From Antechinus flavipes (Eukaryota), in assembly GCF_016432865.1 (NCBI RefSeq), contig NC_067400.1, positions 1,612,001 through 1,676,000 of the forward strand: DNA of 64,000 nucleotides, in the 5' to 3' direction. A program made the position numbers and the translations under genes. The notes under the pieces are model-generated. The model was not told where the DNA came from, ran no database searches, and saw nothing but the letters and a program-made list of their open reading frames with translations. Shown one piece after another: positions 21,620 through 31,560 of this stretch. The first letter of the stretch is position 1; the number at the start of each line of letters is the position of its first letter.

Positions 21620-23630
21620 CCTCTCAGCAGCTTTAAAGGCGAAGAGCAGCTCAGGGAGCCTCCAGTCCCAGCTCAGGAGGCAGATTCTGAGAAACCGGCT
21701 GTTTCCTGGACGGAGCGGGCAGAGCTACCCCTTGGAAACACGAGGGGCCCCTGTGCTCTGAGCCACGGCTGGGAGGGGCCCAGGAAGCTTGGGACAGCCC
21801 CTCCTTCACCTCAGGAGCAGAGCTCACCCCTCAGAGTGAAAGAGAGGAAAGGAGAGAAAACGGGCCAGAAACAGGAAAGAACCTTGACCGTGGAAAGCTG
21901 CCGTGGCGACAGCGAGACCGGCCGCTCGGACGAGGACAGGACGTCTGCAGAAGAAATCTGAGTGAGGGAGATGGGTCGCGAGCCCAAGAGCCTCTTGGAA
22001 GTTCTCAGAAAAGACTTCATCAGGCAAGGGAGAGAGGCAGAAAGCCGAGAAAAGAAACGAGAGGGACGCGTGAGAGAGTCAGCGGTTTGGGAAAGGGAGG
22101 AAAAATTGTCTGAAGAAAACGCCTTAAAAAGTAGAATTAACCAAATGGAAAAAGAGATGCAAAAGCTAACTGAAGAAAATCACAAGGGGAAAAATCAGAA
22201 CAGAAGTGAGTGCAAAGGATAATGTTGTAAAAAAGTAGAGCAGGGCAAGTGGAAGCTACCGACTCTGTGAGACGGCAGGGATCAAACTTAAAAAGGGAAA
22301 ATACAATGAAGGGTCTGTGAGGAAGGTACGGGGCCCGCGTGGGCCTTCCACTTGCCAGAATTAGCTCGGTTTGGGTATAACACACACACACTCAGGTGAG
22401 GACAGAAATTTATCTCATTCTGCAGAAAAGGGGGACGAGGAAATAAGAGAAGGTGGGAGGCTAATAGAAGAGAGAACAGATTAAGGGAGGCAAAAGTCAG
22501 AAGTGAAATAGTTTTGAGGGAGAATAGGGTGAAAGGAGAAAGAGAGACAAACAGAGAAGAATAAACAGGGGGAAATAAGATGGAGGGAAATCCACGATAA
22601 TCATAACTGAAAAAATTTTACAGCTTGTTTCTATGATAAAGGTCTAATTTTTCAAATCTGTATAGAAATGAAATAAATTATGAAAATAACATCCATTCCT
22701 CAAGTGATAAATAGTCAAAGGATATGAATAGGCAGTTTTCAGAAGAAGAAATCCACACTATTTATAGTCACATGAAAAAAATGCTCCAAGTCACTATTGA
22801 TTAGAAATGCAAATTAAGGCGACTCTGAGATACCACCACACCCCTGTCAGACTGGCTAGAGTGACAGGGAAAGATAGTGATGAATGTTGGAGGGGATGTG
22901 GGAAAACAGGGACACTGATACGTTGTTGGTGGAACTGTGAACTGATCCAACCATTCTGGAGAGCAATTTGGAACTATGCTCAAAAAGTTATCAAACTGTG
23001 CATCCCCTTTGATCCAGCAGTGTTTCTATTGGGCTTATACCCCAAAGAGATACTAAAGAAGGGAAGGGACCTGTATGTGCCAAAATGTTTGTAGCAGCCC
23101 TGTTTGTAGTGGCTAGAAACTGGAAAATGAATGGATGCCCATCCATTGGAGAATGGCTGGTAAATTGTGGCATATGAACGTTATGGAATATTATTGTTCT
23201 GTAAGGAATGCTGGCTTCAGAAAAACCTGGACAAACTTGCATGAACTCACAGGAAGTGAAACGAGCAGGAGCAGGAGCAATAGCGATGACGAGAAAGCGT
23301 GAACGCCTTCATTATTCTTGGCCATGCAGTGATCCGGGACAGCGCTGAGGACTTAGGGTGAAAAATACTAAACACTTCAGAGAAAGAATGATGGACTCTG
23401 AGTGCAGATCAAAGCAGGCTTTTTCCCTTTGTTTTTTCTTTCTTCATTTATTTGTTTGTTTGTTTATTCATTTATTTATATGGTTTTTTGGTCTGTGTTT
23501 TCTTCCCCAACGTGACCGATGTGGAAATGTGCTGGGTATGACCGCAGATGGGTCGTGTGATTTGCCATTTCAGTGAGGGAAGAGTCGGGAGGGAGAGAAT
23601 TGGGGACTCCAAAGCCTAAAAGCCAAATCT
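21620..23630 (+). mobile_element. Internally deleted L1 (5' UTR/ORF1 start, inter-ORF region, ORF2 start fused to ORF2 C-terminus, 3' UTR)
   Basis: ORF1-like QKQERTLTVESC..GD and LKSRINQMEKEMQKLTEEN. ORF2-start-like atggagggaaat...ataatcataactg at 22580-22609 joins directly to C-terminal aaaaattttacagc...gataaaggtct. RCWWNCELIQPFWRAIW at ~22920. Confidence 0.78.
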
Positions 23631-24777
23631 TAAAACTGGGGGAGGGGAATACTAATTTTTTAAAGTTAACCTTACTCTTTCGGTGGACACGTATAAGCGT
23701 CAGATCACTGCACGCCCAAACTTCTGGGAGGTACAGAGCTCGCGGCCTTCACCCAACACGTTCCTGAAGCAGACACTCCGCTGGCTTTCGTCCCCTCGGA
23801 AAGGGAGCGCGCCGCCCCCTGAGCCGCCCCCTGAGCCGCCCGAGCCGCCCGAGCCGCCCTCGGATTGGGGGCTGGGAGAAAGGCTTCCACTAAATCACCC
23901 AAATCAGACTCTCTGTCCCCCGACCCCAGCCCTGGGTCCTTCTCCCCAACAGAGCGATCGGCCTTCACCGAAGCCCCCCAGCCGGCTCCGGGCAAAGTCC
24001 CGGGCTGCCCCGAGAGGCCAGAGGCAGGGCCCCGGGAAGGAGCTCCCGGCCGGAGACAGTGCAAACACAGAGTCAGGCCGGACAAGATAAACAGGAACTC
24101 GTTGGGCGAGGGAAGGCCCGGCCTGCACAGGGGCTGGGAAGGCTTCCTGCACAAGGTGGGAGCTGGCTAAGAGAAAGCCCAGAAGGTCAGGGGTTAGACC
24201 GGGAGTGGGAGGCCTGGCTCTTCCAATCCCACTGGGCCATGGCCAGGCCCCGTCCTCTGTTCCTCAGTCTCTTTCATGTGAGAGAGAGGACCCCAGCCCT
24301 TCCTCCTCCCAGGGCAGCCTCACCTCCCACCAAGGAGGTTATTAAGGACTGTCTGTTCAACCCACGTGGGGCCTGGGGTGGGGGGCTAGCCCAAGGAAAG
24401 AGCTGCCTCCTGGAGGCTCTGGGCCTCCGTTCTGCCCAGTGTGACTCCTCCCTTGGTGGCCTCTGTGAGTCAGGCCCCATGTGCTCATTCTCTTTGGGCC
24501 AGGTGTGAGCCCTCCCCAGGCAGCACTCACACCCGGACACCAAAGCCCAGGAGCAGGCGGCCCCTCCTGACACAACCCTCTTGTCCCGTCCCATTCCCAC
24601 AGTCACAGGGCTAGGGAAGGTCCAGGATAGCTCTGACCCATGGGGGTCCTCCAACGCCCCTCCTGGAGGGAACGGCTTCTTTCACTCACCCATCTCCAGC
24701 AAACATCAGGCCCACAAGCTGGGGGACCGTTGCCTAAACCTCCGGACTTGTTGTGGTCTGTTCTATCCAAATAGGCT

Positions 24778-25072
24778 TGTGGGCTAGCCCCAGACTGATC
24801 GTGAGGGCCTCGTGGGCTAGCTCCAGACTGATTGTGGGGACCTCATGGGCTAGCTCCAGACTGATTGTGAGGGCCTTGTGGGCTAGCTCCAGACTGATTG
24901 TGAGGGCCTCGTGGGCTAGCCCCAGACTGATCGTGAGGGCCTCGTGGGCTAGCTCCAGACTGATTGTGGGGACCTCATGGGCTAGCTCCAGACTGATCGT
25001 GAGGGCCTCGTGGGCTAGCCCCAGACTGATTGTGAGGGCCTCTTGCACTAGCCCCAGACTGATTGTGAAGGC
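24778..25072. repeat. 33-bp minisatellite, ~9 units
   Basis: Unit gggctagctccagactgattgtgagggcctcgt with variants; generates ALTISLELAHE / RLIVRASWASS repeat ORFs. Confidence 0.95.
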
Positions 25073-25239
25073 TTTAAGGGTTATCTGCAAAGACTTCTCG
25101 GTCTATCTCATCATCTTTGTTTCTACCTCAGAAGCTGCCTCCAAACCAGTAATTTATAGCAGGGGATGTTATGTTTTCTAGGGACCGGCCCACTACCCAT
25201 GCCTTCTTTTGCAGGGTAAAGTGGGCATAATCATTCCTT

Positions 25240-25900
25240 CTAATTCCATTTACTTCCCCCCACATTTTTCTGTAAAGCACTGGTTCCCCCCGACTCCTTT
25301 TAAAGACAAGATTCCCTAGTGGTTTATTTACTTAATCTTTGAAAATCTAGTTCCTGGTTTTCTTGATCCATTCCATAGTTTTTTGTTTGCTCACGTTCAG
25401 AATTTATATTTTTTAACTGAGTTTTTAAAAAAAAAATACATTGTTTTCTCATTTTCTCTGCTGCAAGTTCCATTCATTGATCTGCCCTCTCTCTTTTTTG
25501 CTGATGAAAATATGAAAAGCTGCGCCCTTTGCCCAGGATGGCTGTGACTCCTTTCCAAGAGGCTGGGTATTTTTGCCTCGTTATTTCTTTGATGAAATGA
25601 TCTCCTTTTCTCTGATTTGCTCTCTGAGCCCCCGATCTGTTCAAAGAAACTGATTCATCTGTCTCCGCTTCACGTTTTCCTGCGACCGTGAGCCCCAGGC
25701 CGTAATGCCAGTGGCGTTGTAGCCGGAGAAGCAGAGCTCCCCTTTCTCTCCTTTTCTGTGGCTCAGCACAGGATTCTGTTTTTAAAGCTATTTTTAAGAA
25801 TAGGGGTGGGGGCTCTCTCAGGGGCAGAGCCCCCCAGCTCAGGCCTGGCCCTCTGCGGCCTGGGGGTTTCAGAGAGGGGTCCTTGTCCGGGTCCATGCTG
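25240..25900 (-). mobile_element. Degraded L1 ORF1-region fragment
   Basis: T-rich + strand; minus-strand peptide GDHFIKEITRQKYP...ILGKGRSFSYFH loosely resembles the L1 ORF1 RRM. Confidence 0.5.
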
Positions 25901-27127
25901 GATAGAGGTCCCTGCCCCTGCCAGTCATTCTGTGACCCACCTTGCCGGTGCCATCTGGCGCCAGGGTCCCTCTAGAACGTGAACCCCACTGGCAAACAGG
26001 AAACACTCCACATGCAGATCTTGTTTTTTCCTCTTTTGTCCATTGTTAGATTTCCAGCCCCGGAGGATTCTGGGGCCAAATGATCTTGGGAAACATTGGA
26101 GGAGAGGACGCTCCTTGGGCTCTGAGCGTCCGCAGTGACAGAGGATATGCCCAGGTGCCCTGCCAGCCCAGCTGTCCCAGATTAGCGGTGCCGGGGCAGG
26201 ACTTGCCCTGTCCTCACAGACCCCGAACGCTGGGACCCGGGCTCCTCTGCCGCGGCCCCGACGGCCGTGGCTCTCCAGCTCTCTGCGAGGGGCAGCCTGT
26301 GCACAAGCTGCCCACCTGGCGTGGCTGGGCCGACGGCATGAGCTTAGAGTGCCCCCCAGCTCGCCAGCCTCCTGTTTGTTTTTAGCAACACCAGTGGGGC
26401 CAGCTCCCCGCCTGCTCTCCAGGCGCAGGCATCGCTTACGCTGGCCCCTCGCCTGCACTGCCCTCCCTCCTGGGGGCCAGCGGCTCTCCTGTGCCCGGCT
26501 CTGCCCACTGCCCTGAGGAGGGGGCATCCCGGGCTGGAGGCAGCAGGCTCGGTGAGGGGAAGGGCAGGGGGTAGCCCCAACCAGGGATCCCCCCCACCGC
26601 TGCCCTCCGGCCCAACCTCCTCTCCGGGCTCTGATATCGATTACTTGTGGGCATTCAATCGCCTTAGCCACGCACGGGGTTTCCATGGCTTCGGGCCTGC
26701 CAGAGGACACGGTGAGCTGGGGAGCTGGCTCGGGGGAGGGCACGAGTAGCCCAGCCCGCTGCCTGCCGGCCCCCAGCTGTCAACTCCCCCCCACAGCCTG
26801 CTTCCTAAGCCAGTGGCCGGCCCGGCCCACGCTCTGTCTGAACCACCACGGAGAACCAGGCGGAAGGGAGACCCAGGGAAGGAGCCAGGGGAGGGGGAAC
26901 CCAGCCCCCCCCCCAGCTGCTCAGACTCTTGTCTGCACCCAGGGGCCCATTGCCCTTTCGCCCTCAATGCTACGCAGCGGGCGGTCAGCTTTTATGTGCG
27001 TCTGCAGCGGGCTCTGGGCACACCTTCCCCTTTCCCTGCTCCCAGCCCGAGGATGGGGAGGGGGGCTCAGGAGCCACCTACCTGGCTTAGGAGCTGAGAT
27101 GGCAGGGAAGAACTGGCCAATCAGCCA

Positions 27128-27470
27128 TTAAAATGGCCAAGTTTCCCAAACTAATTTATATCTTCAACTCCATCAGGGAAATTACCAAAAAAATTTACTG
27201 AATTAGAAAAAGTAATAAAATTCACTTGGAAAAACAAAAAATAAAGAATATCAAAAGAAATAATGAAAAAAAGTGGAAAGGAAGGAGGGTTAGCATTGCC
27301 GGATCTAAACTGTATCAAGAGATTAAAACTATCTGTACTGGTTAAGAAAGAGAAAGGAAGAAGGAAAATTGGGACAGACGAGTCGCACAACTTACAGCCC
27401 GCAATAAACAGTAACTTTGCACCTGACCATGATTTGGTCAAAATGGTGGGAAAATTTTTCAAGTAATTAT
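27128..27470 (+). mobile_element. Old L1 ORF2 fragment
   Basis: ccaaactaatttatatcttcaactccat...MKKSGKEGGLALPDL, an L1 post-RT motif. Confidence 0.8.
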
Positions 27471-27524
27471 TAATAATTTGTTTTCTGCTTTCCAAATCTC
27501 AGTGTATACCAATCAGCAGAGGCG

Positions 27525-27712
27525 AGTGGGCAGCTCCATGGATAGGATGCTGGGCCTGGAGAAGGGAAGATGGGAGTTTATTGTCTCAGTCGCTAACTCT
27601 ATGATTCTGCTTGCCTCCGTTTCTTCATCTGTGAAATGGGAGTGGTAATATCCCCTACCTCCAGATTTATCAAGAGGACCAAATAAGAGTACTTATAAAG
27701 TGCTTTGTGTAG
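27525..27712 (+). mobile_element. MIR-type CORE-SINE
   Basis: tRNA-like head and core gcctccgtttcttcatctgtgaaatggg, then aaagtgctttg tail. Confidence 0.7.
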
Positions 27713-27973
27713 AACTGGGCAAACATAAATTCCTGTTCCCTTCCATCTCTCCATCATCTACTCCTTTGTCTTTATCCACCTAAAACTAGACATTGCTTGT
27801 CATTTCATGTTGGTCTGTGACAGATTCTCAAAGACAGACTCTTGTCAATCATCGTGAGCTTATTTTCCCCCAATCTGTCGCTTTTCTTTTTGTATGGATA
27901 GCTGACATTTTCTTATTCACTCTAAAATGCAACTATTTTATTCACATCAAAATCTCCAATTTAGTCATATGAT

Positions 27974-28196
27974 GGGCAGGTACGTGGCACAGGAGGTAGA
28001 GCACCACTTCTGGAGTCAGGAAGACCTGAAATCAAATCTGACTTCAGAGACTTGCCAGCTGGAAGACAAGTTTGCCTCAGTTTCCTCATCTGTAAAATGA
28101 GCTGGAGAAGAAAATGGCGATCCACTCCAACATCCCTTGCCAAAAAAACCCCAAATGGGGTCATGAAGATTCAGACAACTAGAAAACACTGAACAA
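27974..28196 (+). mobile_element. MAR1-type marsupial CORE-SINE
   Basis: Head ggagtcaggaagacctgaa; core gcctcagtttcctcatctgtaaaatgagctggagaag; RTE-like tail ccaaaaaaaccccaaatggggtcatgaag...actgaacaa. Confidence 0.8.
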
Positions 28197-29187
28197 TTAC
28201 AACAATCATCAATGGTGATTTAGAGTAGGCAAGTCCTTTAATCGGCTTTGGTTTTCTCAAATCTCATCTTCAGAATGGGGGAAAATAACAATAGCATCCA
28301 AATAATTCAAGAAAATATGATAAAATTTGCAAAGTACTTTGTCAGCTTCAGAGCAGGTACCGGGTGCTCTTTAATAGTCACGCACAGGGCAGCAGAAGCT
28401 ACAAGGCACAGAAAGCAGCATAGGATAGGTAAGTGAACCCCCCACCCCCATCTTAACATTCATCTCCCCCGAGGTGGACAAGCCAGGACCCTGAACGCAT
28501 TTCCTGGTGGCTTTCCTTACATGTAAGAGCCCCTCTTACATCCCATTTCGTCATGATGAATGATGCTTTTAAAAGAATCGATTTATTATTTGCTGGTAGC
28601 CACTTAGTATTTTATTGTTATGTTCAATGATGAAGTTGGCCCATAATTTTCTTTGATGGTCATGTCCTTGCCGGTTTTTAGGATCGAGTCATATTTGCCT
28701 AACAAGAACTCCAAGTTTAGAATGTTTGTTCTTTGGAAACATTGCTCAGGTGACCAAATTGTGGCAACTGACTTGGGGAGGCCATTTCTCTGATGACTTG
28801 TCTCCTTTTTTCCTCTGAAATTGTAATTTTGGGATTTCTTTGTGTGTTCACGTTAGCCATTTCTCTTTTTCCACTTAATCGTTCACTTCATCTATGTTCT
28901 CCCTGGTATTAGTACCTCATTTATATGTGTGATCTGCCTGAGGATTGGCTGAATTTCTTTGCTACTTGTTATTGTGCTCTTTTTTCTTTTTCACTTTGCT
29001 AAGTCCTCTGTTGTTTATTAAATTTTCTAGTTCTTTCTTTTGGTCTGCTTGAAAAAAACAGTACTTGGTGTTGTTTATCAAGGTAATGGTGTTCTCCATG
29101 GCTGGTCTAATTATTTTTGGTTCAATATTTATAACAGTTGTTGCTCCTATCCTTTATGTTATCACTTTGTTCTTTTAAAAATGTCTT

Positions 29188-29286
29188 TAAATGGTTTTAC
29201 AAGAGCTAATGTTGAATAATTGTCCATGCATACGTTTTGAAAAATGAAAAGCTTTAATAAAGGAAAACACCAAACCAAACCAAAAT
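29188..29286 (+). mobile_element. ~100-bp extremely 5'-truncated L1 tail
   Basis: aatgttgaataattgtccatgcatacgttttgaaaaatgaaaagctttaataaa plus an A-rich tail; TSD aaatgtctt at 29179-29187 and 29287-29295. Confidence 0.75.
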
Positions 29287-29789
29287 AAATGTCTTACGTG
29301 ACCGCAAGTGCAACATTCTTTCAAAATTCCTTGGAAGTCTCTCTTTCTTTTTTTTCCTTTCTTTCTTGTCCAAGTAGGTCTCTGTGCTCTCCATTTTCCT
29401 CTAAACACGGTCTTGGCTGTACCCAAAGATTCTGATAAGCGGTATTAGCGTTATCTTTTACATGTTCCGTTTTGGTTTTCTGCTGTCTCCTCGAAAGGAA
29501 TTCGGATTCAATTGGTTTTTGCTTCAACACGGCCTCATACCTTTTACTCCTGTTTCTGTTGTTTATTTTGTGCTTTGTTGCGTTATTAACTGGAAAAAAT
29601 TGTATCAGTTCTGTCTTTTTTAATTGACCCAGGTTTTCATTCTGCTCAAGTCTCCAATTCCTTTCTGTTAAGAGTTATGTGGGCTCTGTTCAGAAAGTTT
29701 TCCTAGCTTCTTTTAATGAATTGCCTCAAATGTGTGTTTTTGTTATGAAGTCATTGCAGTCATTTCTGACTCTTTATTTTGTTTTTTCC

Positions 29790-29920
29790 TTGGCAGAGAT
29801 AGTGGAGTGGTTTACCGTTTCCTTCTCCAGTTCATTTTAAACAGTTAAGTGACTTGCTCAGGGTCACACTGCTAGGAAGTGTCTCAGGCTGGATTTGAAC
29901 TCAAGAAGATGAGGCTTCTT
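29790..29920 (-). mobile_element. MAR1-type SINE fragment
   Basis: gtggtttaccgtttccttctccagttcatttta...gtgacttgctcagggtcacac...ggatttgaactcaag. Confidence 0.7.
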
Positions 29921-30137
29921 CATTGTGCGGCCCAAATATGTGTTACTTAAAACTCAAGAATCGATTTGTCATACCCGATGTCTTTGTTACTAAATTTAAA
30001 ATAGTCTCCTAATGGAACATTGAAGTCTATTATGATAGATATTTTTCCTTGCAGTGCTATTGACTTTTCATCAATTGATCTACTAATGTGTTTGGTGCAT
30101 ATACATTTAATATTAGTCCATATTTATCAGAAAGAAA

Positions 30138-30330
30138 CTGTTGTATAATGGATAAAGTGCTGAATTTGGAGTCAGGAAGAAATAGGTTAAAATCCTGTCG
30201 CTGACACATAGTCGCAAATGACTTAACTTTGTGTCTCAAACAACTCCCTAGGACTTACTATTAAGGCATAGATTAGTCGTGACCGCCGTGAGCTGAGGAA
30301 GTGCCCACGTGGACAAAATCACAGCTCCTT
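30138..30330 (+). mobile_element. MIR3-type SINE
   Basis: Head gtataatggataaagtgctgaatttggagtcaggaaga; L3-like tail cccacgtggacaaaatcacagctc. Confidence 0.6.
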
Positions 30331-31454
30331 TGTGAAAAAATAACGAATGGCTGCCTTGTGTCCGGCGCCTCTTTATCATCTGAAGCTTTTCCCAGGATTT
30401 GAATTCCACTTTATCTGATATTGCCACTGTCGCTTCTACTTTTCTTTCGACTTGCAGTTTTAGTTATTTTATTTTTCTTTTTTATTCTTATTTTCGATCC
30501 TGTACTTCCTGAAAGTAATGTTAATGCATTTAAAATTTCTCTTATAACGTTTTTTAAATAGAAGAATCCAAACTATTCACACTTAATGTAATAAATAAAT
30601 ATTCATCACCCCCCCCCAATTAATCAATAAGCATTTTCTATGTCAGACATCATGCTGAGTTCTGGGGAACAAAGAAAGGTTAATGCAGTCCCTATCTTCA
30701 AGGAGCTCCCGTTCTGATGGCAGATTCAAAAGGCAACGTACTTATGATGCAAATAAAGATGATCTCAGTCTCTGACATTTTATTTTTCCATGTTTTCCTA
30801 ATGTCTGGACAGATAAAATAATTAGCTTTTTCTCTTGCTACTTTTGATGTGGAGCACGAGGTTCAGGGACCCGGGGTCTCCGAGCTTGTCCGGGCAGGGT
30901 TCGGAGACTCTCCCGTGTCCCACCAGCTGGAAGGCTTCGAGTTCAGGTTCAGTGACCAATCCCATGTCTTTTATTCCAGGGCCAGCACAGCCAAGGGCAG
31001 AGGTGAATCATCACCAAGCGGCCCACAATGCGACTGCCCTTTGGCCTCGGGACCATTAAAACGAAGTAAGAAATCCTCAGTCGGGCCGGCCTTGGGGGCC
31101 CCCTGCTTGGACCAGAAGGCCGAGCGCCTTCCAGGAAGGGGCCCGGAGTCGTGCTTTCCTCCAGACACGCATTCTGGGGGGGGGGGGGCAGGCGCCCCTG
31201 CAGGATCCAGGGCCCAGGTTTGACTCCTGGCCCGGACCTGCAGCCGTCGAACCTCTCTGGGCCCAGTTTCTGTGACCGGCTGTGGAGGAGGCCCCGGAGA
31301 GGGAGCGGGAGGGACGTGGGTGAGGAAGGTTCCTGCCGGGCAGGCCCACGTCACACACTCGCTCCTCGTGGTGGGGTGTTAAAATGGCCATTTTGTCGGT
31401 GTCTGTTAAGTTGGCAGTAAGAAGGACGAGGCAAGCCCGAGCCTGGGGGCCTGC

Positions 31455-31560
31455 AGACCGAGTCCGGGGCCCACAGACCGAGTCCGGGCCGGACACCAAG
31501 CCTGGGGCTCCCACGCTGAGTCCGGGGCCCACAGACCAGGCCCCGGCCGGACACCGAGCC
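31455..31560. repeat. Short degenerate tandem repeat
   Basis: cagaccgagtccgggg(c)cc recurs ~3-4 times. Confidence 0.6.

Larger units (their letters stand above)
28540..30600 (-). mobile_element. Ancient L1 ORF2 (endonuclease to RT region) fragments, interrupted by younger inserts
   Basis: Minus-strand peptides LILNVYAPN and KTKTEHVKDNANTAYQNLWVQPRPCLEE resemble L1 endonuclease/linker motifs. Confidence 0.65.

Noticed and set aside
24778-25072. 33-bp repeats resembling a CRISPR array
   Set aside because: Head-to-tail units with no unique spacers, no cas genes, and a mammalian context.
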